Part shown: positions 10,693-23,000 of the stretch, in pieces
How positions within the stretch are numbered: position 1 is the stretch's first letter
Layout: each line of letters begins with the position of its first letter
Assembly: GCA_964518165.1 (NCBI GenBank)
Contig: CAZFFN010000041.1
Span: 1,791 to 65,790, forward strand
Length of the DNA: 64,000 nucleotides
Source of the DNA: an uncultured Thermoplasmatales archaeon
Lineage (GTDB): Archaea > Thermoplasmatota > E2 > DHVEG-1
Direction of reading: 5' to 3'
Notes under the pieces: generated by a model
What the model was told of the DNA's origin: nothing
Database searches by the model: none
The model's input: only the letters and a program-made list of their open reading frames with translations
Made by a program: the position numbers and the translations under genes

Positions 10693-11673
10693 ATGATATT
10701 TGCCATCGGAAGTATCTTAGTAATTGCATTTCTACTTTTCATTTCAGCCTTTTTTTCAGGTTCTGAAATGGCTCTTGTATCAATTGATAAAGCCTTAGTT
10801 GTTGATAAAGCTAGAAAGGGAGATAAAAAAGCAAAAATTCTAAAGGAATTATTAAAAAATCCTGATCATGTCATTAGTGCCATTGTCATTGGTAACAATA
10901 TTGTAAATATCTTTGCATCAGTTCTAGCAGGTTTTGTTACAACTGAAATATTTGGTAACATCGGTGTTGGATTTGCAACTGTTATCATGTTTTTTCTCGT
11001 GATAATCTTTAGTGAATCTACGCCTAAAGCTTTTGGTAGAAAAAACGAAAAATGGGCTTTAAGATCAGCTAGAGCCCTAAGTATTTTTACAAAAATTTTT
11101 CATCCAACAGTTATTCTTGTAAATTCTATTTCAAATGGTTTGTTAAAATTAATTGGAAAAAATGAAAAACAAAAAGATATTGTCAATGAAGAAAAGATTA
11201 TGGCGATGATGAAGCTTGGTGAAGAAGAAGGAACAATTGAAAAAGATGAAAGAGTAATGGTAAATGAAGTTTTTGAATTTGATGAAAAGATTGTTGATGA
11301 AGTAGATAATCCTACATATAAAATTGAATTTATTCATGAAAATGATAGTGTTAAAGATTTAATCGAAAAATCAATTAAAACAGGGTTTTCAAGGTTTCCA
11401 GTATACAAAGAGAATTACAATGATGTTATAGGCGTAGTTCATATTAAAGATACTCTTGAAATCAAAGACAAATCGACAAAAGTAAAGAATATTTTGAGAG
11501 ATGTGTTGATAATCAATCCCAGTATGAAAGTAGATGATGTTTTAAGACAAATGAAACTATTTAAAACCCATATTGCAGTTTTACAAAATAGAAAAGGAAA
11601 AACTATTGGCCTTGTTAGTATGGAAGATTTAATCGAGGAAATCTTTGGTGAAATTAAGGACGAACACGACTAA
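10693..11673 (+). CDS. CNNM/CorC-family protein (DUF21 TM domain plus CBS pair)
   Basis: N-terminal 4-TM DUF21-like region (..SGSEMALVS..) followed by two CBS-like motifs. No CorC_HlyC C-terminal domain is evident. Confidence 0.7.
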   Translation: MIFAIGSILVIAFLLFISAFFSGSEMALVSIDKALVVDKARKGDKKAKILKELLKNPDHVISAIVIGNNIVNIFASVLAGFVTTEIFGNIGVGFATVIMFFLVIIFSESTPKAFGRKNEKWALRSARALSIFTKIFHPTVILVNSISNGLLKLIGKNEKQKDIVNEEKIMAMMKLGEEEGTIEKDERVMVNEVFEFDEKIVDEVDNPTYKIEFIHENDSVKDLIEKSIKTGFSRFPVYKENYNDVIGVVHIKDTLEIKDKSTKVKNILRDVLIINPSMKVDDVLRQMKLFKTHIAVLQNRKGKTIGLVSMEDLIEEIFGEIKDEHD

Positions 11674-11907
11674 ATATATTTTGCATTATTTTTTAACCAT
11701 TTTTTTGTAATAAGGTAATAATTTACTGTACGATTCCAGTTCCCATAAAATTAGGCCTAAATCTTTATCTTTAGAGTCTATTTTTTCGTTTTTCTTCAAA
11801 TTTTTTACCCCTATAATATTTTATCTTTCCTACTATAAATATTTTTCCTTTAAAAATTATATTTTAAAACTCATTATAACAAATAAAACAAATAAAATTA
11901 CAAAATG

Positions 11908-12930
11908 TTACGTTTTTTCATATTTTTTTAAAAAAATGTAAAAAACTAAAAAAGAAATAAATAATGAAATGATGAAAACAGTCATTTCAAAACTCGGTAT
12001 CCTTATCACCGGTGGTTTATTTGTAACCCTAAAATCTTGAATGTTATCAATAAAAAGGTTATTTTTAAAATCACTATAATTATAACAACTATTTACATAG
12101 ATCCCATACTCATTATTCACAAATGAATTATTTGATATATTAAAGAAACCAGAATTAACTAAAAAAACTGATTTTTTAGAATTATTGTATAACTCATTTT
12201 CATAAATAAATAGATGTTCACTGGAACTCCCATATATACCATAATAACAACTTGAAATATTGTTTTTTATTATCATATTATTAGATGAATCCACATTTAT
12301 AATACCCGTACCAATATATGAAAATCTATTTTTACTTACAAAATTAGAAGTTGATTTCTTTCTTAAAACTATACCGTATTCTTGGTTTTCAAAAAAATCA
12401 TTATCAGAAATAAAGCTATTTGAGGTATTATAAAATCTTATACATTCTGAATTATTAATAAAAAAATTGGATTCAACCGTAATATTTCTAGAATTTTCTT
12501 CAGATAAAATACCATTTGAGTTATTATAAAATATATTATCACAAATGAAGATATTTTTGCAATCATTTGATATCAATACTGAATTAGAAGAATTAATAAA
12601 TAAAAAACCCTGAATAGTAACATTTGAAGAAATTATATTTAAAATGTTAAAATTATCTTTACCACAAAGAACAGCATTTTTTTTACTCTCACCTAATAAA
12701 GATACAGATTTATTTAAAACAATTCTTTCATTATATGATCCATTATACACATAAATAATATCTCCATCTGTGGAATTATCTAAAGCATCATTAATACTAG
12801 AAAAGTTACCCTCACCTGATCCACCGACAAATAAAATTGAATTATTTTCATAAGTTGAAGATGCAGAGAAAGTAAAATTTAGAAAAATAAAGACAATTAC
12901 AATCATATAAACTAAAGCTTTTTTAATCAT
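11908..12930 (-). CDS. Secreted/anchored protein with right-handed parallel beta-helix repeats, heavily N-x-S/T sequon-rich
   Basis: Signal peptide and a C-terminal TM segment. Many N-rich roughly 22-aa repeats (ISNN.., NSS..) typical of pectin-lyase-fold/NosD-like proteins. More than 20 N-x-S/T sequons. Confidence 0.5.
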   Translation of the reverse strand: MIKKALVYMIVIVFIFLNFTFSASSTYENNSILFVGGSGEGNFSSINDALDNSTDGDIIYVYNGSYNERIVLNKSVSLLGESKKNAVLCGKDNFNILNIISSNVTIQGFLFINSSNSVLISNDCKNIFICDNIFYNNSNGILSEENSRNITVESNFFINNSECIRFYNTSNSFISDNDFFENQEYGIVLRKKSTSNFVSKNRFSYIGTGIINVDSSNNMIIKNNISSCYYGIYGSSSEHLFIYENELYNNSKKSVFLVNSGFFNISNNSFVNNEYGIYVNSCYNYSDFKNNLFIDNIQDFRVTNKPPVIRIPSFEMTVFIISLFISFLVFYIFLKKYEKT

Positions 12931-12996
12931 CTAATCTCAATCTCAAAAAAATAAAACAATTTAAAAGTTATAAAACATACTTTTTTTCTAACTAAA

Positions 12997-13374
12997 ATGA
13001 AAGAAAAAAAAGTAGAATTCTACAAAAACAAAGAAAAAATAGCTAAATTAAACTGTGAAATAGCAAAAAATATATTTGAAAAAACAAAGGGTCTAATGTA
13101 TAGAGAAAAACTGCCCCACAATACGGGAATGTTATTTACTTTTTATTTACCATGGATAAGACTATTTTGGATGAAAAATGTAAATTTTCCATTAGACATA
13201 ATATTTGTGAATAGAAAAAACAAAATAATAAAGATATATGAAGCACCAGTAGAAAATAATTTTTTAAATAAAATCTATTTCAGCAAGGGATTCTGTAAAT
13301 ATGTCATTGAAACAAACATCAATTTTTGTAAAGAAAATAACATTGAAAAAAACGATGAGATTATGATAAAGTAA
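12997..13374 (+). CDS. DUF192-family protein (COG1430)
   Basis: GLMYREKLPHNTGMLFTF...FWMKNVNFPLDIIFVNRKNKII matches the DUF192 signature (GLM.R..L....GMLF...FWM.N...PLD..F). Confidence 0.6.
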   Translation: MKEKKVEFYKNKEKIAKLNCEIAKNIFEKTKGLMYREKLPHNTGMLFTFYLPWIRLFWMKNVNFPLDIIFVNRKNKIIKIYEAPVENNFLNKIYFSKGFCKYVIETNINFCKENNIEKNDEIMIK

Positions 13375-13687
13375 AATCTGCCAATTTGAAATATTTACAA
13401 CCAAGTTTTATAAATAATAATTTTTAAAATTAATACTGGCGAAAAGATAAATGATTAATAAAAAAAATAGACGAACAAAAAATAAAATATCTAAAAAGAA
13501 ATTTGAAAAAAATAGAAATTACTCTTTTGGCTTTATAACCGGGGATTATACATAGATAAATATTTTGAGATTTTTATTAATAGTTTTAATTACCCGCCGA
13601 TAACTCTTTTTAATAAATAATTTTATAATTATGTTCCCTATTACCTCTTTTGGGTGGAACTACTCTTAAGTTTAGGAGGAAATAGTT

Positions 13688-15634
13688 TTGACAAAAATCA
13701 CAGCAAATGAACTTGCAAAAAAACAAAAAAAAATTTCCGTTGCAGAATTTTTTGAAAAAAATAAACACATTCTTGGATTTGGAAATCCGACAAGAGCTCT
13801 TGTTACAAGTGTCAAAGAAGCAGTTGATAACTGTTTAGATGCCTGTGAAGAAGCAGATATACTGCCAGAGATTACTGTAGAAATTAAAAATGGTGGCGAA
13901 GATGGTGAAACTACATTAATAATTGAAGATAACGGACCCGGTATTGTTAAAAAACAAATTAAACATATTTTTGCACGTCTCTTATATGGTTCTCGTTTCC
14001 ATGATATCAGGCAGAGTAGAGGCCAGCAAGGTATCGGGATCTCTGCGGTAGTATTATACAGTCAACTTAGTACAGGCAGACATGCAGTTGTAACATCAAA
14101 AACAAGTGAAGAACTACCAGCTAACGTAGTTGAACTTGCTATTAACACAAATAAAAATCGTGCTGAAGTAATTAAATATGATACAAACCACTGGGAAAAA
14201 CCTCACGGCACTAGATTTGAATCTAGAATTATAGCTGATTATAAACGTGGCCGCCGTTTTGTTTATGACTATCTACAAAGCACTTCTATTGTTAATCCAC
14301 ATGCGCGCATTATCTTTTGCGAACCTGATGGAACTGAACATATATTTGAGCGAACCGCAGAAGAAATACCTCCTAAATCAAAATCGATAAAACCACATCC
14401 TCATGGTGTAGAACTTGGTACACTTATTAAGATGGGAAAAGATACTAAATCACGTAAAATCACAAGCTTTTTAAAAAGTGAATTTAGCAGTATGGGAAAC
14501 CGAGCCACCAAAGATGCAATTAACAAAGCAGATCTTGAACCTAATTTAAAACCAAATACTATGAGTAGAGAACAATTTCTTAAACTACATAAAGCGTTCA
14601 AAAAGACAAAGGTGATGGCGCCGTCAACTGATTGTTTATCACCTATTGGTGAAATGCTTATAAAAAGAAGCCTTCGTAGGGAAACTAGTGAGATTTCACC
14701 AGAGTTCATTTTTACCTCATCCCGACCTGCGTCTGTTTACTCTGGAAATCCATTTAAGGTTGAAGTAGGGCTTGTTTATGGCGGAAAACTTCCAAAAGAT
14801 GAAACAGTTAGGGTCATGCGTTTTGCAAATCGTGTCCCTCTTTTATATCAACAGGGAGGTTGTATTACAACAAAAGCCATTTCATCTATCGATTGGCGCA
14901 GATACGGACTTGATCAAAAAGGCGGAAGAGGTATTCCATCTGGCCCTGCGATATTACTTGTTCATGTAGCATCCACTCAAATTCCTTTCACTTCAGAAAG
15001 TAAAGAAGCAATCGCAGATGTTGATGAAATTAAAAAAGAAGTTCAACTTGCTTTCAGAGAATGCGCAAGAAGGGTCAAAAAACATATAAATAAAAAACAA
15101 AAGAGGAAAAAAACACGTGAGAAATTTGATTTAATTACAAAAATTCTTCCAGAAATTGCAAAAAAATCTTCTCAAATGTTAAATAAACCTGTTCCAAAAC
15201 TTGACCCAATCATTACAAAAATAATGGATGTTGTATGGATTGAAGACGTAATTGAATATGAAAAAGTAAAAAGAAAAGGAGTAGTTCAGACAAAAATAAC
15301 TGATAGCTCAGGTGATGGGGAGGATTCAAGATATGGAACAATTACTAAAAGCAAAATCATGGTCGTAAACTACAAAGGTAAACCTCAGAAATTCAATCTA
15401 TATACTATTATCCCAAGGGAAGCAGTTGTTGGTAATGTTGAGCCTAAACCTGATAAGATTGCTGATAACTACATACGTTGGAAATTACCATCTATTGATC
15501 CTGCAAATAAAATAGATATAACATTTGAATTAGCTGGTCTTAAAGAAGGGGACTTTGATGAAAACGATCTTTATACTGAAAAAATCAATCCAACTTTTGT
15601 AATTGGTGCTGACAAATGGGAAGGAGGTAAATAA
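13688..15634 (+). CDS. top6B: DNA topoisomerase VI subunit B
   Basis: GHKL ATPase motifs ([25 protein letters not shown]) followed by the transducer domain. TTG start 8 nt after GGAGGA. Directly followed by top6A. Confidence 0.9.
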   Translation: MTKITANELAKKQKKISVAEFFEKNKHILGFGNPTRALVTSVKEAVDNCLDACEEADILPEITVEIKNGGEDGETTLIIEDNGPGIVKKQIKHIFARLLYGSRFHDIRQSRGQQGIGISAVVLYSQLSTGRHAVVTSKTSEELPANVVELAINTNKNRAEVIKYDTNHWEKPHGTRFESRIIADYKRGRRFVYDYLQSTSIVNPHARIIFCEPDGTEHIFERTAEEIPPKSKSIKPHPHGVELGTLIKMGKDTKSRKITSFLKSEFSSMGNRATKDAINKADLEPNLKPNTMSREQFLKLHKAFKKTKVMAPSTDCLSPIGEMLIKRSLRRETSEISPEFIFTSSRPASVYSGNPFKVEVGLVYGGKLPKDETVRVMRFANRVPLLYQQGGCITTKAISSIDWRRYGLDQKGGRGIPSGPAILLVHVASTQIPFTSESKEAIADVDEIKKEVQLAFRECARRVKKHINKKQKRKKTREKFDLITKILPEIAKKSSQMLNKPVPKLDPIITKIMDVVWIEDVIEYEKVKRKGVVQTKITDSSGDGEDSRYGTITKSKIMVVNYKGKPQKFNLYTIIPREAVVGNVEPKPDKIADNYIRWKLPSIDPANKIDITFELAGLKEGDFDENDLYTEKINPTFVIGADKWEGGK

Positions 15635-15636
15635 AG

Positions 15637-16734
15637 ATGAAAAAAGATTACACTAATGTCATAAATAAAATTGATGCTATAGCCGCAAAAGTATATCAAG
15701 ACTTTGAGAAACATAAAATACCTAATATTGAACTTCCCACTAGAACAAAATCAAATATAGATTTTGATGAAAGATTAAATGTTTGGAAATATGGAAAGAA
15801 CATTTCAGAACGCTCTGCTAAATCATTGAAAGGAGCCTATATGCTTCTTAGAACAATGTATATGACAGAGTTTATTAAAAACATGATAAACAGCGAAAAA
15901 TCTTCTACATTAAGAGAGATGTATTATATCTCTGAAGGTTGGGAGATGGCAAAGTTTCATTCGCAAGGTGAATCAAATCTTCTTGCTGAAGACTTAGAAA
16001 CAATTACTAGTTGTATGCGTGAGGATTTCAAACTTAGACCCGAAGAAGATGGCGCAAGAGTGATGGGGGATCTCACTGTTGAAGAAATTACCAGAAATAA
16101 GAAGAAAAGAAAGATTCATTGTCAGGAGGATGTCGGAGATGCTGGTTATAGTATACCTTATAATGTTGAACCAGAGAAAATAACTTTTAAAGATGTTGAT
16201 GCTGATTTTATTTTAGCAATAGAGACAGGTGGTATGTTTGATAGGTTAGTCGAAAATGGTTTTGATCAAAACTACAAAGCTCTTCTTGTTCACCTGAAAG
16301 GCCAACCTGCCCGATCAACACGCCGTTTTATGCAACGTTTAAGCAAAGAAAAAAAAATACCTGTACTTGTTTTTACTGACTGTGACCCTTGGAGTTATAG
16401 GATTTATGCTAGTGTTGCTTATGGTGCAATTAAAACAGCCCATATATCTGAGTATCTTGCAACACCTTCATCACAATATTTAGGTGTTACACCATCTGAT
16501 ATTAAAAACTATGAGCTTCCAACTGATGATCTTACCAAAGGAGATATAGCTGCTCTAAAAAGCGAACTTTCAGATCCAAGATTCAATGATTCTTTTTGGA
16601 AAGGTGAAATCAAGCTTCAGTTAAAACTTGGTAAAAAATCAGAACAGCAGGCTCTTGCTAAATATGGTCTTGATTATGTAACCGATAAATATTTACCTGA
16701 TAAATTATCTGAGATGGGAGCGTTAAAAAAGTAA
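15637..16734 (+). CDS. top6A: DNA topoisomerase VI subunit A (Spo11-like)
   Basis: 365 aa with a winged-helix/catalytic-Tyr region and a Toprim domain (..[13 protein letters not shown].., [13 protein letters not shown]). AAGGAGG RBS. Confidence 0.9.
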   Translation: MKKDYTNVINKIDAIAAKVYQDFEKHKIPNIELPTRTKSNIDFDERLNVWKYGKNISERSAKSLKGAYMLLRTMYMTEFIKNMINSEKSSTLREMYYISEGWEMAKFHSQGESNLLAEDLETITSCMREDFKLRPEEDGARVMGDLTVEEITRNKKKRKIHCQEDVGDAGYSIPYNVEPEKITFKDVDADFILAIETGGMFDRLVENGFDQNYKALLVHLKGQPARSTRRFMQRLSKEKKIPVLVFTDCDPWSYRIYASVAYGAIKTAHISEYLATPSSQYLGVTPSDIKNYELPTDDLTKGDIAALKSELSDPRFNDSFWKGEIKLQLKLGKKSEQQALAKYGLDYVTDKYLPDKLSEMGALKK

Positions 16735-17211
16735 TTATTCGCTTTCACTTATTTCTTCAAAATTTTCCCAGAGTTCATTTGGTTGTATCATAAGTAGACG
16801 TATACGTAATAGGTTATGTTCATCTATTTTTATGTATGTTTTACTAAATATTCCCCCTTCCGAACTTTTGGGAAAGGTCAGCTCATGAACTCTTTTACCC
16901 TCAATAAATTCAGGTTTTGGTTTTTCAGCTTTTTTTCTTTTTTTATCAAAGCTACCAAAATGGAAATATAATACTAAATTAAGTAAAATAAAAAACCCTA
17001 TTAAACCAGATAAAATAAGAATCCAAATATCAAAACTAAGCACAGCCCAGTTGTAACCATATTCCCAGATATAAACACCCATAAAAATTACAATAAACAG
17101 TACAATACAAACTATTGTGAGTAAAACTAATAATATAGATAACAAAGAATAACGATTGATCATTCTTTTCTCTTTTAAACGTAATTCCTGATTTATTTGG
17201 CCTTTTGACAT
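16735..17211 (-). CDS. Hypothetical membrane protein
   Basis: Three predicted TM helices. Its stop abuts the top6A stop (convergent, 0-nt gap). Confidence 0.35.
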   Translation of the reverse strand: MSKGQINQELRLKEKRMINRYSLLSILLVLLTIVCIVLFIVIFMGVYIWEYGYNWAVLSFDIWILILSGLIGFFILLNLVLYFHFGSFDKKRKKAEKPKPEFIEGKRVHELTFPKSSEGGIFSKTYIKIDEHNLLRIRLLMIQPNELWENFEEISESE

Positions 17212-17261
17212 GTCAATCCTATTATTATGTATTGTTTTTATATACTTTTAAAATTTTCTAT

Positions 17262-17816
17262 TCAATCTTTTTTAAAAAAATATCCTAATTTTTTTAAAGA
17301 TTTACCTCTATGTGAATACTTATTTTTCTCATCTGTATCCATTTGAGCAAAGGTTTTATCTGATCCATTCGGAATAAATATAGGATCATACCCAAATCCT
17401 TTTGAACCAACCATCTTTTTTGAAATCTCTCCGTTACATTCTCCAATAAATATCTTCTTTTCGCCGTTATTGTAATACGCATAAACTGATTTGAATACTG
17501 CCTTTCTATTCTTCTTTTTTTCAAGGAGTTTCAAAATACCTTTGCATCCAATTGTATAAAAAACATATTTAGAATAAACCCCTGGAAAACCTTTTAAAGA
17601 ATCTATAAAAATACCTGCATCTTCCAATATAAAAGAACCCTTAATTTTTTCCTTTAAATAATCAATTCCAAAATCTGCAACTTCTTCAAGTTTATCAGCT
17701 TGTATTTCTGGATATCCTGCATCTTTCTGAATAACTTCTACATCATATTCAGATAATTTTTGTTGTGCTTCCTTTAATTTTCCTTTGTTACCAGTAATAA
17801 ATAAAATTTTTTTCAA
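17262..17816 (-). CDS. Non-canonical purine NTP pyrophosphatase (Ham1/RdgB/ITPase family)
   Basis: N-terminal ITGNKGKLKE and C-terminal GFGYDPIFIPNG...TFAQM...KN.YSHRG motifs. Confidence 0.85.
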   Translation of the reverse strand: MKKILFITGNKGKLKEAQQKLSEYDVEVIQKDAGYPEIQADKLEEVADFGIDYLKEKIKGSFILEDAGIFIDSLKGFPGVYSKYVFYTIGCKGILKLLEKKKNRKAVFKSVYAYYNNGEKKIFIGECNGEISKKMVGSKGFGYDPIFIPNGSDKTFAQMDTDEKNKYSHRGKSLKKLGYFFKKD

Positions 17817-18436
17817 CGATATCTACCTCTTTTTATAATTTCATCTATTTTTTTGAAAATAATTTTTGCATCTTTTTTGTATTCTTTTTCATAACCTTCT
17901 AGCACATATTTAAAAAAATCTGAAAATTTTGAATGAGTAGATTCAATTGCCTCCATTAAAACATGTAAATCTACACCTTTTGTCTCAACCTCTGAATTTA
18001 TTTCACCAAGGCCAAAATCGATAAAATGAACATTATCATCATAAAGAATCATATTTGAAGTAGTTATATCTCCATGTATTATATCTTTATTATGTAATTT
18101 AGCAATGCTTTCACCAATTTTTTTACATAGTTTTATTCTCTCATTATCCGATATTTTTTCATAAATATCTTTGATTCTGTCACCTTTAATATACTGCATT
18201 GTAATAATGCCATTTTTTAAATCCACATCATAAATAATTGGAACAGATACACCTTGTTTTCTTGCTTCGATTATTAGTTTTGCTTCTTCTTTTGTTCTAT
18301 ATGATATTAGATAACTATCAATTTCTTTTATTCTGTAGCCTTTTTTTATCCTGTGTTTTTTAATTACTTCTCTTTTAAGATATTTTGAAAGATAAAGTTC
18401 AGCTTCAGCTCCTTTGTATAAAACTTTTTTATCCAC
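17813..18436 (-). CDS. bud32: KEOPS kinase Bud32 (RIO-type Kae1-associated kinase)
   Basis: HGDITTSNMILYDDNVHFIDFGLG catalytic loop. 4-nt overlap with the downstream gene and 8-nt overlap with kae1. Confidence 0.8.
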   Translation of the reverse strand: MDKKVLYKGAEAELYLSKYLKREVIKKHRIKKGYRIKEIDSYLISYRTKEEAKLIIEARKQGVSVPIIYDVDLKNGIITMQYIKGDRIKDIYEKISDNERIKLCKKIGESIAKLHNKDIIHGDITTSNMILYDDNVHFIDFGLGEINSEVETKGVDLHVLMEAIESTHSKFSDFFKYVLEGYEKEYKKDAKIIFKKIDEIIKRGRYR

Positions 18437-19424
18437 GCCAGGTCACATCCACCATGTCAGTTCTAAACCTTTGATCAATAAAACTGTTTTCAACTTTCAT
18501 TCTCACACCGCTATTATACATTTTATAACCTAACCATGCGATCATAGCACCATTATCTACACAAAGATCTTTGGATGGTACAAAAAAAGAAGCTTCTCTT
18601 TCTTCTGCCATTGTTCCAACCATATCTCTCAGCCTATTATTTGAAGCGACTCCTCCGCCAAGGAGAACTTGATTTTTTTCGGTATGAGCCATAGCCCGCT
18701 CTGTAACTTCTGTTAAAGCTGCAAAAGTTGTTTCTTGTATTGAATAACATATGTCTTCTAATTTCTCTTTTTTTTCATAATATTGTTGAGCTTTTGTTAG
18801 AAGACCTGAAAAAGCAATATCCATACCCTTAATTGTATATGGTAACTTTAGATATTTTTCACCTTTTAAAGCAAGTTTTTCAATTATTGGACCTGCTGGA
18901 AAACTTAAATCTGTGCTTCTCCCAAATTTATCAAGACAGTTTCCAATACCAATATCTAATGTTTCTCCAAACACCCTATATCTTCCTTCTGAAAATGCTA
19001 TAACCTGAGTATTTGCACCAGATGTATATAATAATACAGGGTCAGTACATTTTTCTAATGTACCAATCCCAATTTCTAAATGAGCTACACAGTGATTCAC
19101 ACCAATCAGCGGAATGTCTAAAGATAAGGCTAAAGCCCGTGCTGCCGTTGCTGCAGTCCTAAGACATGGGCCTAGACCTGGGCCTTTTGAAAAAGAGACT
19201 AAATCAATATCTTTAAAATCAACACCTGATTCATCAATTGATTCTTCGATTAAACTAGAAATATTTTCTGCATGATGATTAGCTGCTTTTCGGGGGTGAA
19301 TACCTCCTTTTTTAGGTCGATATATCTTGAATTTATTTGAATAAACTATGCATTGATCTTTTTTATTTTCAACAATTCCTACGCCGATGGTATGAGCTGT
19401 TCCTTCAATTCCTAAAGTTATCAT
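18429..19424 (-). CDS. kae1: tRNA N6-adenosine threonylcarbamoyltransferase Kae1
   Basis: MITLGIEGTAHTIGVGIV..., ASKD/Kae1 fold motifs and metal-binding His pairs (VNHCVAHLEIG). Confidence 0.85.
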   Translation of the reverse strand: MITLGIEGTAHTIGVGIVENKKDQCIVYSNKFKIYRPKKGGIHPRKAANHHAENISSLIEESIDESGVDFKDIDLVSFSKGPGLGPCLRTAATAARALALSLDIPLIGVNHCVAHLEIGIGTLEKCTDPVLLYTSGANTQVIAFSEGRYRVFGETLDIGIGNCLDKFGRSTDLSFPAGPIIEKLALKGEKYLKLPYTIKGMDIAFSGLLTKAQQYYEKKEKLEDICYSIQETTFAALTEVTERAMAHTEKNQVLLGGGVASNNRLRDMVGTMAEEREASFFVPSKDLCVDNGAMIAWLGYKMYNSGVRMKVENSFIDQRFRTDMVDVTWRG

Positions 19425-19483
19425 AATTTAAAAAAATTGAAAGGATGACCTATATAAAACTAATTTGGTAAAATTATAAGTAT

Positions 19484-20011
19484 CTATTCATCGACATAAT
19501 CTTCATATAAATAAAGAATTCCTAGCTTAAAAAGAACTAAAATAATTATTAACACAATAATTATTACTGATGCAATTACTAATATCCAGGGTATTTCGAA
19601 TTCATTTTTTTCTTCTTGATAAATAGAAACTTCACCATCGGAATAAACATAATCATATTTTCCATCATTATTAATATCAATTAGATATCGTCCATCATCA
19701 AAATTAACTTCAATTATTTTTCCAATTGAATCATATAATTTGTCAAATATTTCATCTGAATCTGAATCTATCAAAAAATATTCTTTATTTTCTATCTTTA
19801 TTCTTGAAACATCTGAAGAATCGTTATGATCAGACCCTATTAATTTTTCAGTTGAATCATCAATTCCATCATTATCTAAGTCTGAATTTTCATCATTATT
19901 AGATTCGGAATTAACAATAATTTGACCTAACAGTAAAACTATAATAATTATCCCTAAGAAAAATAAATGAAAAGCTTTTGACCTAATTTTTAATTTATTC
20001 ATATCTTGCAT
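19484..20011 (-). CDS. Secreted acidic protein with DxDxDG Ca-binding-like motifs and a C-terminal TM anchor
   Basis: Signal peptide. DLDNDGIDDSTE and INNDGKYDYVYSDGE motifs. Hydrophobic C-terminus. Confidence 0.4.
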   Translation of the reverse strand: MQDMNKLKIRSKAFHLFFLGIIIIVLLLGQIIVNSESNNDENSDLDNDGIDDSTEKLIGSDHNDSSDVSRIKIENKEYFLIDSDSDEIFDKLYDSIGKIIEVNFDDGRYLIDINNDGKYDYVYSDGEVSIYQEEKNEFEIPWILVIASVIIIVLIIILVLFKLGILYLYEDYVDE

Positions 20012-20084
20012 CCCATTTACTGTTGAATAAATAACATTTAAGCTATTAAAAATTGATTATATTCTATTTAAAGTTTTGTTTAGA

Positions 20085-23000
20085 CTATTTTTTAATGGAA
20101 ATTTCAACTTTTAAATTATTAATATCCCATTTCTTTGTTAGATCACCTGATGTTTTTGAAACAAATTTCAATTCACAGGACCTGGTTTCTTCTTTAATAT
20201 AATCTTTCCATCTTCTAAGATATTCTTCTTTTTCTGAATCTAGATTTATCTCTGTTTCAATCTTTTCTTCTACATCTAAATCAAGTTCCTTTCTCATAGA
20301 TTGGATTCTTCTAACAATTTCTCTTGAAAAACCTTCTGCCTCAAGTTCTGATGTAAGATGTGTATCTAAAAATAGAACCGTATCTTCAGTTTCTGTTCTT
20401 GCAATGTTATCTTTTTCTTTTTTAGTTATTTTGAAATCGTCTAAATCTATTTCATAATCTTTATCATCAACGGTTATAGTGAATTTTGCTTCTTTTTCAA
20501 GTGTTTTCTTGATTTTTTCTTTGTTAATTTCTTCTATTTTATCAATTATTTTTTTAGCATCTTGTTTGTATTTTGGACCTAGTTTTTTGTAATCTGGAGA
20601 ATATTCTTCTTCCATAAAATCAGAACTATCTCTTTTAAAGGAAATATTTTTTACATTTATCTCTTCGTTTAGTAAATCCATCAAATCTTTTACTAAATTC
20701 TCTGTTTCTTTTTTACATACTATTGTTGCAGATGAAAGCGGATATCTTACTTTTATACCGATTTTTGAACGGAGTGCTCTACCCACTTCTACTAAATCTC
20801 TAATTTTAGCCATTCCTTCTTCAAGGTCTTGGTTTATTATTTTTTCATCTGATTTGACATAGTCACATAGATGTATGCTCTCCGGCATTTTTTCTGTTTT
20901 TAAATTCTGATAGATTTCTTCAGTTATAAATGGTACAAAGGGAGCTATAAGTTTTGATACTCCTAAAAATATTTCATACATAGTTGAGTAAGCCGCAAGT
21001 TTATCTTTTGTTTTTTCTTCTGTCCAGAGTCTTTTTCTTGATCTACGAAGGTACCAGTTACTAAAATCTTCGATTATAAACTCTTCTACAAATCTAGCTG
21101 CTTTGTGCACCTCAAATTTTTTGATATGTTTTTTGACAGTTTTTATTAATTTATTATGTTTGCTAAGTATCCATTTATCGATTGGTTCTCTTTTATCAAT
21201 TGATATTTTATCTGAATCAATATCGAATTTATCTAATGCTGCATAGGTTGTAAAAAAGTTATATGAATTCCAAAGAGTCAAAATAAATTTACCAAGTGTT
21301 TCTTTGACTGCTTTTTCATAAAACCTTGTACTTGCCCATGGTGCATTTGCTGACATTAAGTACCATCTAAGAGCATCAGCACCTTCCTTGTTTAGGATTA
21401 TATCAGGGTCTACATAGTTTCTTTTACTTTTACTCATTTTTTGATTGTTTTCATCAAGAACTAGACCCATTGTTAAAACGTTTTTATATGATCTATCGTC
21501 AAATAGAAATGTTGATATTGCAAGAAGAGAATAAAACCATCCGCGTGTCTGATCTAGTGCTTCAGATATAAAATCTACTGGAAAGTTTTGTTTGAATTCT
21601 TCTTTATTTTCAAATGGATAATGCCATTGTGCAAAAAAGGCGGATCCTGAATCATACCAGCAGTCTATTACTTCTTCTTCTCTTTGCATATATTCATTAC
21701 ATTTTGGACATTTAATCTTTAATTCATCAACTAGTGGTTTGTGTAAATCGTATTCTTCAGGGAAATTTTCACTATGTTTTTTTAATTCGTCTACTCCACC
21801 TATACATATTTCATGTTTACATTTTTTGTTTGTACATCTCCATATAGGTAGAGGTGTTCCCCAGTATCGTTTTCTAGATAAAGCCCAGTCTTTTACATCA
21901 TTGATAAATGCTCCAAATCTTCCTTGTTGAAGATGCTTGGGGTACCAGTTTATGTTATTGTTATTTTTTATTAGTGAATCCTGTACTTTTTTCATACCAA
22001 TAAACCAGGATTCCATTGCGTAATAAAGCAGAGGAGAATCACATCTCCAACAGAAGGGATAATCATGAGTATATTCATGAACTCCTTCTAAAAGTCCTCT
22101 TTTTTCCAGGTTTTCAATAATACTTGGATCTGCATCTTTTACAAATTGACCTTTCCATGGTTCTACTTCATCTGGAAATGTACCATCTAGTTTAACTAGT
22201 TGGATTACAGGTAGATCATATTTTTTCCCTACTTGATAATCGTCTTCACCAAATGCTGGAGCTATGTGTACAATCCCTGTACCATCTTCCATTGTTACAA
22301 AATCAGCTAAAACAACGTACCATGTTTTTTTATCAGGGTCTGCATAGTCAAATAATGGTTCATATTCTACTTTTTCTAGTTCTTTTCCTTTAAAACCATC
22401 AATTATTTGGTATTCTTCTCCTTTAAGAATACTGCCTGCTCTTTCTTCAGCAAGAATGTATATTTGATTTTTGTACCTTATTTTTATGTATAATTCATCA
22501 GGATGTACTGCTAGAGCAACATTTGAAATAAGTGTCCATGGAGTTGTAGTCCATGCAAGTAGATATTCATCTTTATCTTTTATTTTAAACTTAATAAAAA
22601 TCGATGGATCTGTTACCTCTTTATATCCTTGGCTTATCTCATGAGCTGAAAGTGCTGTACCACAGCGCGGACAATATGGGACTACTTTATGACCTTTATA
22701 AAGTAACTTTTTTTCCCAAGCTTTCTTAAGCGACCACCATACTGATTCTATATAATCATTTTTTAGTGTTACATATGGATCGTTCATATCTAACCAAAAA
22801 CCAATTCTTTTGGTCATTTCAACCCATACATGTTCATATTTAAAAACACTTTTTTTACATTCTTCAATAAATTTATTTATTCCATATTCTTCAACAGCTT
22901 GTTTATCTTCAAGACCTAGTTTTTTTTCAACTTCTATTTCAACTGGCAGACCATGAGTGTCCCATCCAGCTTTTCGAAGTATGTAATGCCCATTCATAGT